DNA of 64,000 nucleotides. It comes from Woeseia sp. GTDB taxonomy: Bacteria; Pseudomonadota; Gammaproteobacteria; Steroidobacterales; UBA11654. The stretch's first letter is position 1. Each line of letters starts with the position of its first letter. The position numbers were made by a program, and so were the translations under genes. The stretch covers positions 4,071 through 68,070 of the forward strand of contig BPCL01000005.1 of the NCBI GenBank assembly GCA_019653755.1. The letters run 5' to 3'. Shown piece by piece: positions 20,751-32,168 of the stretch. The notes under the pieces were generated by a model. It had not been told where the DNA came from. It did no database searches and saw only the letters and a program-made list of their open reading frames with translations.

Positions 20751-21641
20751 ATGAAATATATTTTAGACACTGGAATGGGAACAGAACTCCAAGAAAGAGG
20801 AGTCAATGTTCCTGACTGGAAGAAATCAATATGGTCGGCTGACGCTCTAATTCATAACCCAGAATCAGTAAAAGATATTCACAAAGCAAACATTGAAGCT
20901 GGCTCGAATGTCATCATTACAAATAACTACTATGTCACACCAAATATTCTGAAAAGAGAAAACTTAGAATCTGATTTCACAACTCTTATCCAGAAAGCTA
21001 TAGATCTTGCGAAAGATGCCAGATCAGAGCGTAATGATGTATTGATTGCAGGTTCTTTTCCTCCCATTGAGACAAGCTTCAGACCAGACCTTACACCAGA
21101 AAATGATCAAATCATTGATTTCTATAAAGATTTATTGGAAATCATGACCGGACAAGTAGACATCATCATTTGTGAAACCATGAGTTCAATTAGAGAAGGC
21201 AAAATAGCATGCGAGATCGCATTAAAGGAATTTGATGAGGTTTGGTTAAGTTGGACAACAAGAGGAGTAGATGGATCAACACTAATAAGCGGAGAATCTT
21301 TAGAAGATGCAATCATGGTTGGTAATAAGATTGGAGCTGCATGCCAACTGTTAAATTGTACTGCTACAAACTTAGTAACAGATCATCTTGAAACAATGAA
21401 AAAGGCCAATGCATTTGGCGCTTATGCCAACTCACATGCATTAAAAGAATCTCATTTAATCGAAGACTTAGGTAAAAATGTTGACCCAGATATCAATCAC
21501 TATCATAACTCCGTAAAACTCACGCCTGATGAGTATGCAAAACAAGCAAAGATTTGGTTCGATGAGGGGGCTTATGTAATTGGAGGATGCTGTATGACAG
21601 GGCCAGATCACATAAAAGCACTCGTTAAATTAACCAGTTAA
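20751..21641 (+). CDS. mmuM: homocysteine S-methyltransferase family protein
   Basis: 296 aa. MKYILDTGMGTELQERG.., ..NVIITNNYY.., a Zn-ligand Cys in LLNCTA, and the C-terminal GGCCMTGPDHIKAL motif. Confidence 0.8.
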   Translation: MKYILDTGMGTELQERGVNVPDWKKSIWSADALIHNPESVKDIHKANIEAGSNVIITNNYYVTPNILKRENLESDFTTLIQKAIDLAKDARSERNDVLIAGSFPPIETSFRPDLTPENDQIIDFYKDLLEIMTGQVDIIICETMSSIREGKIACEIALKEFDEVWLSWTTRGVDGSTLISGESLEDAIMVGNKIGAACQLLNCTATNLVTDHLETMKKANAFGAYANSHALKESHLIEDLGKNVDPDINHYHNSVKLTPDEYAKQAKIWFDEGAYVIGGCCMTGPDHIKALVKLTS

Positions 21642-21682
21642 CCTAAAATCTCTTTTACTTTACTTTTCGATAGACTTTGCAC

Positions 21683-24252
21683 TTACACCCCAAAAAGATC
21701 TCTTAAGGCTTCTCTCGTTTCGCTCAATCCAAAGCCATCAGTACCAAGAGCAGAAAAAGTTCCAGGAAATAAATGAGCAAGACTATCGGGTAAAAGCGTT
21801 ATCCAGTCACTAACAGAAATAAAATGGCCCTTTTCATTTTTTAGTATCGTTTCTAGATAAGACTCCCTGCCCTCTTCAATCGATTCTCGGTAATCTTTGT
21901 GCAATAAATTGTAGCTCGTTACACTCCATATATTCGTAGGAATCCCTTCTTTTTCTAATTCTTCTTGTGCTTGAATGACTTGTTGCATGATGCTGCCGCT
22001 TCCTAATAAGTGAATTGGATCACCTTTGAAATTCTTTACCAAATCCTTAGATGCTTTCTTGAAACAATACATCCCGTTTAGGATATTTTCTTTGTTCACG
22101 TCCTTTATTGGTGGATGAGTGTAATTCTCATTGTAGACAGTTATGTAGTAAAAAACGTCTTCTTGTTCTTGGTACATCCTTCGAATTCCTTCTTGGATAA
22201 TAACTGCTAATTCATAGCCAAATGCAGGGTCATAAGTCATAAGATTGGGGACTACAGAGGCTAAAACATGAGAATGCCCATCTTGATGTTGAACCCCTTC
22301 TCCGTTTAGAGTTGTTCGACCTGATGTCCCGCCTATTAAAAATCCTCTGGTCATTGCATCTCCACAAGCCCAAATCATGTCACCAACTCTTTGAAAACCG
22401 AAAATAGAATAAAATATATAAAAAGGAATCATTGGTAGCTCATAGTGTGAGTAAGCCGTTCCTGCAGCCATAAACGAAGCCATCGCACCAGCTTCACAAA
22501 TTCCTTCCTGTAAAATCTGCCCGTCTTTAGCTTCTTTATAGGGTGAAATTGTGCCCGCATCAACAGGTTGGTAATTTTGCCCATCATGAGAATAAATTCC
22601 TGCTTGGGAAAACAAGCCATCCATCCCGAAGTCCTAGCCTCATCAGGGACAATAGGAACGATATACTGGCCTATCTCGTCTTCTCTCAGCATTTTTGAGA
22701 TCATTCTTACAAGAACCAAGGTGGTTGATATAGATCGATCTATACCGTTTGTAAAATCTTCAAACAACTCTATATCAGGAGGCTTAATTGATTTGCATGA
22801 ATCGAATCTAATGGGTTGATAACCTCCAAGTTGCTTTCGTTGATCATGAAGATATTGCATTTCCTCAGATTTTGGATCGGGAACATAAAATGCTGCTGCT
22901 TTTTTCTCTTCATCAGATAAAGGAATGCCTAATCTATCGCCAATTTCTATTCTCTCTTCATCAGACATTGTCTTCTTTTGATGAGCAATATTTCGACCTT
23001 CTGAACCCTCACCTAAACCATAACCTTTCAATGTTTTAATCAAAACAACAGTTGGCTTACCCTTCGAATTAATAGCCTTTTCAAAAGCTGCATAGAGTTT
23101 CTTGCGATCAAAACCGCCTCGTTTTATATCTTTTAACTCCTCATCACTCAAATTCGACATAATAGACTCAAGTTCTTTATTGTCCTGAACCCAATGTGCC
23201 CTCTGGTCAGCGCCTGAAGAAACAGAATAATTTTGATATTCTCCATCAACTACTTCGTCCATTCGTCGCTGCATAACATCTTCTGTGTCAATTGAGAATA
23301 AAGGATCCCATTCAGAGCCCCAAATGACTTTGATGACATTCCAGCCTGATCCCCTAAACACAGCTTCAAGTTCTTGGATAATCTTTCCATTGCCTCTAAC
23401 AGGCCCATCTAAACGCTGAAGATTACAATTCACCACAAAAATAACATTATCCAGTTGTTCTCTTGAGGCAATATTAATTGTGCCTATTGTCTCGGGTTCA
23501 TCCATCTCACCATCGCCTAGAAAGGCCCATATTTTACCTGGTGATTTTTTCAGCAAGCCTCTGTTTTCTAGATACTTTGCAAAACGAGCATAATAAATTG
23601 AATTCACCCCATTAAGCCCCATAGAAGCAGAAGGACTAGGCCATAATTCAGGTCGACGTCTAGGATGCGGATATGAAGGAAGTCCTCCTGCATCCTGAAG
23701 CTCTCTCCTGAAGTTACCTATCTCATCTTTTGTCAGGCGTCCTTCTAAAAAAGCTCTGGAGTAAATACCAGGTGAAGCATGGGCTTGGATATTCATCATA
23801 TCGCCTTGGTAGTCCTCCGTTCTGGATTTGATAAAGTGATTTAAAGCGACTTCTGTCATTGTTGCGGCAGAAGCATACGTAGCAATATGGCCCCCAAGAC
23901 CTTCGCCTGTATCATAGGCCTGCAAAACCATAGCCATAGCGTTCCAACGGATAATATTTTCAATTTTATCTTCCAATTCCTGGTTACCCGGATAACTGGG
24001 CTGCTCTGAGAGTGGTATGGTGTTTCTGTAGGGTGTGTTTAGCGTTGCTTCAGTGAGTGTTATTCCTTGGCTCAAAGCAAAGTTCTGCAAAGATCTTAAG
24101 AGCTCTTTAACCTCTTTGTTCCCATAACTCTCTTTGACTGCCTCAAGGGATTCAATCCACTCGTTGATTTCAATTTTCCATTCCTCTTCGAATTTTTTAT
24201 CAATCGAATCACTCATGGAAATAACCTCAGCCGTTTTTTTTGGATCACTCAT
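21683..24252 (-). CDS. aceE: pyruvate dehydrogenase E1 component (homodimeric type), one frame break
   Basis: ORFs 22429..24252 and 21683..22624 together give about 855 aa. They include the ThDP-binding region GDGEMDEPE and ..PDEARTFGMDGLFSQAGIYS.. once joined near 22629. No aceF or lpd is adjacent. Confidence 0.9.
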
Positions 24253-24385
24253 TGTTTGTGATTAGCTCAATTAAATAATACCAAGTTAACTAAAATTTAC
24301 TGAGACTACTGTACCATGAGAATTATAATTGTTATTCAGAAATGAGATAATATCTGCAATGGAATTAACATACTGAAAAATTACT

Positions 24386-26238
24386 ATGCCTGACTACAGA
24401 TCAAAAACATCAACACACGGCAGAAACATGGCTGGCGCTCGAGCACTCTGGCGTGCAACTGGCATGAAGGAAGATGACTTCGGCAAGCCTATCATCGCTA
24501 TTGCTAATTCATTCACACAATTTGTACCCGGTCATGTTCACTTAAAAGATCTCGGACAAATGGTTGCCAGAGAGATCGAAAAATCGGGTGGGGTAGCTAA
24601 AGAGTTCAGTACTATTGCTGTAGATGACGGTATTGCAATGGGTCATTCGGGTATGCTCTATAGTCTTCCCTCCAGAGAGCTTATTGCTGATGCGGTTGAA
24701 TACATGGTCAATGCTCACTGTGCAGATGCACTGGTCTGTCTATCCAATTGTGACAAGATTACTCCTGGAATGCTGATGGCATCTATGCGATTAAATGTCC
24801 CAACTATTTTTGTTTCTGGGGGGCCGATGGAGGCTGGAAAAAGCATAGTTCAAGGAAAAGAAACAACACTGGATTTAGTTGATGCTATGGTCCTTGCAGC
24901 GGATGATTCGATTTCAGATGAGGATGTTGCAAGTGTTGAGCGATCCGCTTGCCCAACCTGTGGCTCATGTTCAGGAATGTTTACAGCCAATTCTATGAAT
25001 TGCTTGGTTGAAGCACTGGGTCTAGGTCTTCCAGGGAACGGGAGTGTTTTAGCCACTCATATTGATAGAAAAGGTTTGTTTTTAAAAGCTGGGAAATTAA
25101 TTGTAGAAATGACAAAGTCCTATTATGAGGATGACAATGAAGATGTTCTCCCTAGAAATATTGCCAATAAGGAATCCTTTGAAAATGCATGACACTTGAT
25201 ATCGCAATGGGAGGATCCACCAATACAGTACTTCATATTTTAGCTGCTGCTAAAGAAGGTGGCATCGACTTCAACATTAACGATATTGATCGATTATCTA
25301 GACGCGTTCCCAATTTATGTAAAGTAGCACCAAGCAGCCAATATCACTTGGAAGATGTTCACAGAGCTGGTGGAGTTATGGCAATTCTAGGTGAATTGGA
25401 AAAGTCAAAACTCTTAAATTCAGAGGCAAAAACAGTGCATGCACCCAGTCTAAAAGAGGCGATTGACAAATGGGACATTAACCGTAAACCAAGCAAAGAA
25501 ATTGAAGAATTTTATTCGGCAGCGCCTGGGATGATTCCTACAACTGAACCGTTTTCACAAAACAAACGGTACGACGAATTGGACACTAATCGCGAAACAG
25601 GATGCGTCAGAGATTTAGATAACGCCTATAGTCTTGATGGGGGTCTTGCTGTGCTTAGGGGTAATATTGCTGAAGAAGGTTGTATTGTTAAAACCGCTGG
25701 TGTTGATCAAAATAATTTGGTGTTTAGTGGGCCTGCAAAAATATTTGAAGGGCAAGATGAAGCGGTGGATGCAATTCTCAACAATGAGGTTAAAGCTGGG
25801 GATGTTGTGCTAATTCGATACGAGGGACCCAAGGGTGGTCCTGGAATGCAGGAAATGCTCTACCCCACGAGTTACCTCAAATCTAAAGGTCTTGGTAAAA
25901 AATGTGCCTTGATCACTGATGGTCGATTTTCCGGAGGAACATCAGGATTATCGATTGGCCATATATCTCCCGAAGCTGCTTCTGGAGGCAATTTAGCGTT
26001 AGTAGAAGATGGTGACCTGATCAATATCGATATTCCTAAGAGAAGCATTGATGTTGATTTATTACCTGAAGAAATTGAACAACGAAGACTGGCAATGCAA
26101 GGTAGAGGCTCAAAAGCCTGGAAACCTAAAGTTAGACAAAGAGTTGTAAGTGAAGCGTTGCAAGCCTATGCATTAATGGCAACATCAGCCTCTGATGGAG
26201 CAGTCCGAGTGGTTCCTAAGGAACAAGATCATGAGTAG
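24386..26238 (+). CDS. ilvD: dihydroxy-acid dehydratase, one frame break
   Basis: [53 protein letters not shown].., Fe-S Cys ligands ([25 protein letters not shown]). The junction ..ESFENA / [16 protein letters not shown] lies at about 25189. Confidence 0.95.
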
Positions 26239-26887
26239 TGAAATAAAAAGTATTGCGATCTTAGGTGGAACAGGTGCATTGGGCTCGGCTTTGACGAAAA
26301 AATGGGCTAATACTGGCTACAGAATTGTCATCGGCTCGAGAGACCCAGAAAAGGCAGAAAGAATAGCCAGAGAAATTAATCAAGAATTAGATTCTGATAA
26401 GGTCACTGGCTCTGATTTAAAGACTGCGGCGAGTCAGTCTGATATCTCGGTTTTAACTGTCCCTTATTTTAGCCAAAAAGACACTCTTACACTTATCAAA
26501 GAAGATCTGGCAGGAAAAATTCTAATTGATACAACAGTTCCATTACAAAAAGAGGTAACTAAAGTAAAACTCCCAAGCATAGGCTCTGCTGCACTTGAAT
26601 CTCAAGCCATTCTTGGATCTGAGACCGAGGTTGTATCTGCGCTTCAAAATATTGGCTCACATTTGGTTGGCTCAAAAGAAGAAATTAAAGCTGAGGTTTT
26701 GGTTACTGGCAATAATGAAGAATCTGTTGAGACTGTCATTTCTTTACTCGATGATTTGGGATTAAAATCTTGGTATGCAGGCTCATTGGAAAATTCAGCA
26801 GCAGCTGAGGCATTAACCTCAGTCCTGATTGTGATTAATAAAAAACACAAACTAAAATCATCAGGAATCAATATAACCTCCAACTGA
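26231..26887 (+). CDS. npdG: F420-dependent NADP+ oxidoreductase (Fno/NpdG)
   Basis: [42 protein letters not shown] matches the NpdG N-terminal pattern. ATG 26231 lies 8 nt inside the end of ilvD. The track ORF starts further upstream at 26195. Confidence 0.75.
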   Translation: MSSEIKSIAILGGTGALGSALTKKWANTGYRIVIGSRDPEKAERIAREINQELDSDKVTGSDLKTAASQSDISVLTVPYFSQKDTLTLIKEDLAGKILIDTTVPLQKEVTKVKLPSIGSAALESQAILGSETEVVSALQNIGSHLVGSKEEIKAEVLVTGNNEESVETVISLLDDLGLKSWYAGSLENSAAAEALTSVLIVINKKHKLKSSGINITSN

Positions 26888-26903
26888 ATTCAAGATATAG
26901 TTT

Positions 26904-27692
26904 ATGAACTCAAGATCGGCTAATAATAAGCTTGAAGTGTTTGCACTCAATAACGTGCCCTCAATTAAAGAGCACGATGATATAGCTAAAATCATTCTCG
27001 AGAATTCCAAAGAAGATAATCTTGCGATTCAAAAAAATGACATCGTAGTCATAGCTCAAAAAATTATTTCTAAATCTGAAGGACGATTGATTGATCTAGA
27101 GACAATCGTTGCGAGCGAACAAGCAGAGAAAATAGCTAAACAAACCTCAAAAGATGCTCGGCTGGTTGAACTGATCATTCAAGAGTCCAATGAGATTATA
27201 AGAATTCAGGATGGAATAATCATCGTGGAGCATCGACTTGGTCATGTTCTTGCAAATGCAGGAATTGACCAATCAAACATAGAAAATGGAGATGGACACG
27301 TTTTATTATTGCCTGAGAATCCAAGTAAATCAGCGGATCAAATCAGACGTGCTATAGAATCCTCCCTAGATGTTGAAGTGGGCGTGATTATTACTGACAG
27401 TATGGGTAGAGCATGGAGGCTTGGAACAACTGGTCATGCAATTGGTTCATCAGGTGTAAAAACTATTATTGACCTGAGAGGAAAAAGCAAAGATTTGTTT
27501 GGGCGAGAATTACAAACTACCGTTATTGGTTTCGCAGACCAAATAGCCTCGTCAGCAGCCTTGATTATGGGGGAAAGCAATGAGGGAAAACCAGTTGCCA
27601 TTGTCAGAGGCATTGATATGCCCTCAGATTCTGATAACGTCAATGATTTGATAAGGCCAAGGAAGAAGACTTATTCCGGTGAGCATGAGTGA
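26904..27692 (+). CDS. cofE: coenzyme F420-0:L-glutamate ligase
   Basis: 262 aa. ..DIVVIAQKIISKSEGRL.., ..HVLANAGIDQSN.., ..VIITDSMGRAWRLGTTGHAIG..: the CofE/F420-ligase domain only, with no nitroreductase extension. Confidence 0.8.
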   Translation: MNSRSANNKLEVFALNNVPSIKEHDDIAKIILENSKEDNLAIQKNDIVVIAQKIISKSEGRLIDLETIVASEQAEKIAKQTSKDARLVELIIQESNEIIRIQDGIIIVEHRLGHVLANAGIDQSNIENGDGHVLLLPENPSKSADQIRRAIESSLDVEVGVIITDSMGRAWRLGTTGHAIGSSGVKTIIDLRGKSKDLFGRELQTTVIGFADQIASSAALIMGESNEGKPVAIVRGIDMPSDSDNVNDLIRPRKKTYSGEHE

Positions 27693-28631
27693 AAATAATC
27701 TTATAGCGATAAGTGGTGGCATTGGTGGCGCCAAATTATGTTATGGCTTAGACCAAATACTACAACCTGGGCAGCTTCGGGTTATTGCTAACACCGGTGA
27801 TGATTTCTTGTATCTCGGCTTTTATATCTCACCAGATATCGACACCTTGATCTACACCTTAGCCGAAGTAAATAATAAAGAAACAGGCTGGGGAAGAGAG
27901 GATGAGACTGGAAGACCCATAATGTCCTAGGTGAACTTGGCGCAGACAATTGGTTTAAATTAGGCGATAAAGATTTGGCTCTGCATCTGCATCGATCGAA
28001 AGCATTGAGGAACGGAGAAACCTTAACATCGATAACCCAAGATATTGCTGAACGATTTAAATTAAAAACTGTAATCTTGCCAATGAGTGATCATATCATC
28101 CAAACAGTTGTAGACACTGATGAGGGCTCGATGCCCTTCCAAGAATACTTTGTCAAAGAATCAACTAATCCTAAAGTTCGAGAAATCTCATTTGAAAGCA
28201 AACACCCTGAAACCACAAAAGAGGTTCTCGAGGCAATCAATGATCCTGAACTGTCTGGTTTTTTGATAGCACCTTCAAACCCTTATTTAAGTGTAGACCC
28301 GATTCTGTCAATAGATAAAATCAAACAAACTATTATGCAATCTAACAAACCTAGAGTTGCCGTCTCACCAATAATTGGTGGTGATAGCGTCAAGGGTCCA
28401 ACAGCTAAAATTATGGAAGAGATGGGACTTGAAGTTAATGTTATGACTATAGCAAATCACTATGAGGATCTTATCGACGGCTTAATCATAGATAATACTG
28501 ATGAGGAGTACGTCCAAGCGATAGAGTCCTCTGGTATTAAAGTTAAAGTCTCAAATATTCTCATGAATAACAACGACGATAAAACTAGATTGGCAGAAGA
28601 AGCTATCGAATTTTTAAACGAGTTAAGCTAG
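27679..28631 (+). CDS. cofD: 2-phospho-L-lactate transferase, one frame break
   Basis: NLIAISGGIGGAKLCYGL.., IANTGDDF.., ISPDIDT.., GWGREDET then (frame switch ~27909) WKTHNVLGELGADNWFKLGDKDLALHLHRS... Fragments are 27679..27930 and 27975..28631. Confidence 0.85.
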
Positions 28632-28641
28632 TTAATAAAAT

Positions 28642-29248
28642 ATGTGGGCTATCATTCCGATTAATAGTTTCAAAAAGACCATGACTAGGCTCTCTGAAGT
28701 ATTAAATGCCAACCAAAGAATAAACTAACTAAACTTCTCACTCAGCAAATAATTGATCATCTTTTGGGAATCCCAGAGATAGAAAAAATAGTTTTACTCA
28801 CAAATGAAACTGAATGGGCACAATCTTTTGATGATAAAAAAATTATTTTAAAAGCAAACCAAGATAGATTGAGCCTAAAAGAGAACATTAATCAAACCGC
28901 TGATTGGTTATGGGAACAAGGTGCGAAAAAAATGCTCTATCTATCAATTGACCTCCCGCTAGCATTAAAGGACGATGTCTTGGATCTAATTAATCAGCAC
29001 AGAAATGGGCTCACGCTTGTTATTGCAAATAAAGACGGGGGGACCAATGCATTGATTCTAGATATGCCGCGCTCTTTCCCTTCCAATTTGGAGAGAACAG
29101 TCTAGAAAAACATCTAGCAGAAGCAAAAAAATTTGGAGTAGAAACCCAAGCTCTTAATATTCATGGATTAAGTTTTGACCTCGATGATATTGATGACTGG
29201 AATCATCTTATTGCCACAAATAAATCTTTATTAAATAAGCTGGATTAA
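28642..29248 (+). CDS. cofC: 2-phospho-L-lactate (or PEP/3PG) guanylyltransferase, two frame breaks
   Basis: My reading from ATG 28642: MWAIIPINSFKKTMTRLSEVL..(break ~28726)..LTKLLTQQIIDHLLGIPEIEKIVLLTNE...LSIDLPL...NKDGGTNALIL..(break ~29081)..FQFGENSLEKHLAEAKKFGVE..; TAA at 29246. Position between cofD and cofG supports the call. Confidence 0.65.
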
Positions 29249-29300
29249 TTAACAGGAAATAGTCATGGTGTCACGACAATTAAAAGGGTATAAATAACTC

Positions 29301-30513
29301 ATGAAGAATGAACTAAGTCGTTATAACGAGATTGGAATATCGACACCATTGATCGATTTAATGGAAGAAGCTAGCGGTCTTCGTGATCAAGAAAAATTCC
29401 TCATCACCTATTCAAAAAAAGTATTCATACCCTTAACCATGTTGTGCCGTGATGTTTGTCATTACTGTACTTTTGCCAAGGTTCCGAGAAAAATTATCCA
29501 GTCCTTTCTTAAGACCTGACCAAGTTTTAAAGATTGCCAAAACTGGAGAAAAACACTACTGCAAAGAAGCCTTATTTACGCTGGGTGAAAAACCTGAGTT
29601 AAGATACAAAGCTGCCAGAGAAGATCTTAAATATCTAGGCTATGACACCACACTAGATTATTTGCATGCCATGGCAAAAATGGTTCTAGATGAGACCGGT
29701 CTTTTGCCTCATCTCAACCCTGGAACAATGAGTATGGATGAGATCAAGCGTCTGAAAGAGGTCTCATTGTCTATGGGGATTATGCTTGAGTCTGCTTCAA
29801 AAAGACTGTGTCAAAAAGGAGGGCCGCATTATGGCTCACCGGACAAAGATCCCGAGTTAAGATTGCAAACAATACAAAACCTTGGTGAATTAAATGTTCC
29901 CGTCACCACCGGCATATTAATAGGTATTGGTGAAACCAGAGAAGAGCGACTGGAAAGTCTTTTGGCGATCAAACAACTGCATGAAAAATATGAGCATATT
30001 CAGGAAATTATTATCCAAAACTTTATACCCAAACCCGACACTAAAATGAAGAATGTAAAGGCACCAGAACCTGAAGAGCTCTTATGGACACTTTCTATGG
30101 CTCGCATTATCTTTGGCCCAACAATGAATATTCAATGCCCGCCAAATCTTAATAAGGGTCTTTTGTCTGAGATCATTGATTCGGGCATCAATGACTGGGG
30201 CGGAGTTTCTCCTGTTACTGATGATCATGTTAATCCAGAATCACCTTGGCCTGATTTAGAATTACTGAAGCTCTCAACGAATAATAAAGGCTTTGAGTTA
30301 CAAGAGCGCCTTGCTGTTTATCCTGAATATCAAAAAGATCCTAAGTGGGTGGACAGCAACCTCAGACCGCACCTTTTGGAACTATCTGACTCTGAGGGTT
30401 ATGGCCGACATAATAAATGGCGTTGTGGTGAATCTCTCAAGGTACCTAAAACCGGTAAACACCCATTTGGACAGATCATGAACCCAGTGGCTCAGTTGAA
30501 ATCTCAAATATAA
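29301..30513 (+). CDS. cofG: FO synthase subunit 1 (radical SAM), one frame break
   Basis: Radical-SAM cluster [10 protein letters not shown]. Fragments 29301..29519 and 29449..30513 join near 29490 (..FAKVPRK / [16 protein letters not shown]..). Conserved ..LFTLGEKPE.., ..LPHLNPG.. are present. Confidence 0.85.
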
Positions 30514-30563
30514 TCAGTAAATCCTTTACACAAAAAGACTTAAGTCATAGTGAAATCACTTCG

Positions 30564-31676
30564 TTGTTTAAAGCCAGAGGCAATGACTTTCATCTGATCT
30601 TAAATAAGGCCAATGAATTGAGGAAAATCATAAATGCAGAACAGGTAAGTTATGTGGTCACAAGAAATATTAACTACACGAACATCTGTAAATACACCTG
30701 TCATTTCTGTGCCTTTTCCAAGGGTAAAACAAAAGAAAACCTAAGAGGCAAACCCTACCTACTCTCTTTCGAAGAAATAGGTAATCGAGCACTAGAAGCA
30801 TGGAATCGAGGAGCAACTGAAGTTTGCATGCAGGGTGGTATTCACCCTCATTTTGATGGTGAAACCTATTTAAATATATGCAACGCCATTACGACCAAAG
30901 TACCAGACATGCATATTCATGCCTTCTCCCCACTAGAAATTACTCATGGAGCAACCTCTCTGGGAATCTCAATCGAAAATTTTCTGATCATGCTTAAAGA
31001 GAGCGGTCTCAAGACAATGCCAGGAACGGCAGCAGAAATCTTGGACGATGATGTAAGAAAAAATATCTGCCCAGACAAGCTTAATTCAAATCAATGGTTA
31101 GAAGTTATAAAGACAGCACATCGTGTTGGCATTAAAACAACATCGACAATAATGTTCGGTCATCAAGAACATATAGAACATTGGTCTACACATTTGATTA
31201 AACTCAGAGAACTACAAAAAGAAACGGGTGGAATTACAGAATTTATTCCCCTCCCCTTTGTCAGCATGGAATCACCCATGTATAAAAGAGGGAATGCCCG
31301 ACCAGGGCCCACATTCAGAGAGGTTCTTTTAATGCATGCCGTGGCTAGGCTTGCACTGCATCCTTATATTCAAAATATACAATCGAGCTGGGTTAAATTG
31401 GGATCCAGTGGCGCCGAGAGCTGTCTTCATGCAGGCGTCAATGATATGGGAGGCACATTAATGAATGAATCCATATCAAAAGCAGCAGGCAGTATTCATG
31501 GTCAAGAATTTGAACCTCTTAAAATGGAAACATTCATAAAAGGTTTGGGCAGGAAACCGGTTTTGAGAGACACCCTTTATAATGACATCAGTAATGAAAA
31601 AACTATAAATAAAGTGGATTCTGAAGCACTCGATCAAATGCAATTTTTCCTAGATAGCGCTCACCCGATTTACTAA
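30564..31676 (+). CDS. cofH: FO synthase subunit 2 (radical SAM)
   Basis: NINYTNICKYTCHFCAFSKGK (CxxxCxxC), ..CMQGGIHP.., ..TSTIMFGH... The frame is open upstream to about 30470 with no ATG/GTG. TTG 30564 is the first canonical start, so the start is uncertain (see finding on possible fbiC fusion). Confidence 0.85.
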   Translation: MFKARGNDFHLILNKANELRKIINAEQVSYVVTRNINYTNICKYTCHFCAFSKGKTKENLRGKPYLLSFEEIGNRALEAWNRGATEVCMQGGIHPHFDGETYLNICNAITTKVPDMHIHAFSPLEITHGATSLGISIENFLIMLKESGLKTMPGTAAEILDDDVRKNICPDKLNSNQWLEVIKTAHRVGIKTTSTIMFGHQEHIEHWSTHLIKLRELQKETGGITEFIPLPFVSMESPMYKRGNARPGPTFREVLLMHAVARLALHPYIQNIQSSWVKLGSSGAESCLHAGVNDMGGTLMNESISKAAGSIHGQEFEPLKMETFIKGLGRKPVLRDTLYNDISNEKTINKVDSEALDQMQFFLDSAHPIY

Positions 31677-31960
31677 TCTTTCTTGTTGGGATTTTTCGGA
31701 AACCATCCCTTTTCAACTCTTTTTTCTTGCTCGATTAACTCTCCGATGCTCCAGAGTGATGAAAAACCAAAAACGCCAAGAAAGATAGAAAAGAATATTT
31801 CTTCTGTAAACAGTGACCAGATAATAAAACCCCAACCGATGACAAAGAATAAGGGCCAGATTTTTTTGCCAATATAGTATTCAGCCTTGATAACCATAGG
31901 GTGAAAAACACCAATAATGAGAAAGACGATTAATCCCATTGCTAATCCCTCAAAGTGCAT
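31673..31960 (-). CDS. small membrane protein (DUF4491-like)
   Basis: 95 aa with three hydrophobic helices and the C-terminus EKGWFPKNPNKKD. Its stop overlaps the cofH stop by 4 nt (convergent). Family assignment from memory only. Confidence 0.45.
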   Translation of the reverse strand: MHFEGLAMGLIVFLIIGVFHPMVIKAEYYIGKKIWPLFFVIGWGFIIWSLFTEEIFFSIFLGVFGFSSLWSIGELIEQEKRVEKGWFPKNPNKKD

Positions 31961-32084
31961 CTTCTCTCCTTTTATTACCTGTTTCTTAAACCTATATTTC
32001 GTATCTTACTTGAAAGCAGATTTATTGAAATAACAATCAAATAAAAAGATTAAAAATAGATGTTTTTTTTGTTGATTTTAATAT

Positions 32085-32103
32085 GATAATGATTATCATT
32101 ATC
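32085..32103. promoter_or_regulatory. Fur box 1
   Basis: GATAATGATTATCATTATC matches the 19-bp Fur consensus GATAATGATAATCATTATC at 18/19 positions. It lies upstream of the TonB-dependent receptor gene. Confidence 0.75.
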
Positions 32104-32107
32104 AAAG

Positions 32108-32126
32108 TTTAATGATAATCATTATC
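32108..32126. promoter_or_regulatory. Fur box 2
   Basis: TTTAATGATAATCATTATC matches the Fur consensus at 17/19 positions. It lies 4 nt after box 1 and 42 nt upstream of ATG 32169. Confidence 0.65.
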
Positions 32127-32168
32127 ATTAATTATGAATTTTAAAATTAATAAAAAGGTATTTAAAAA

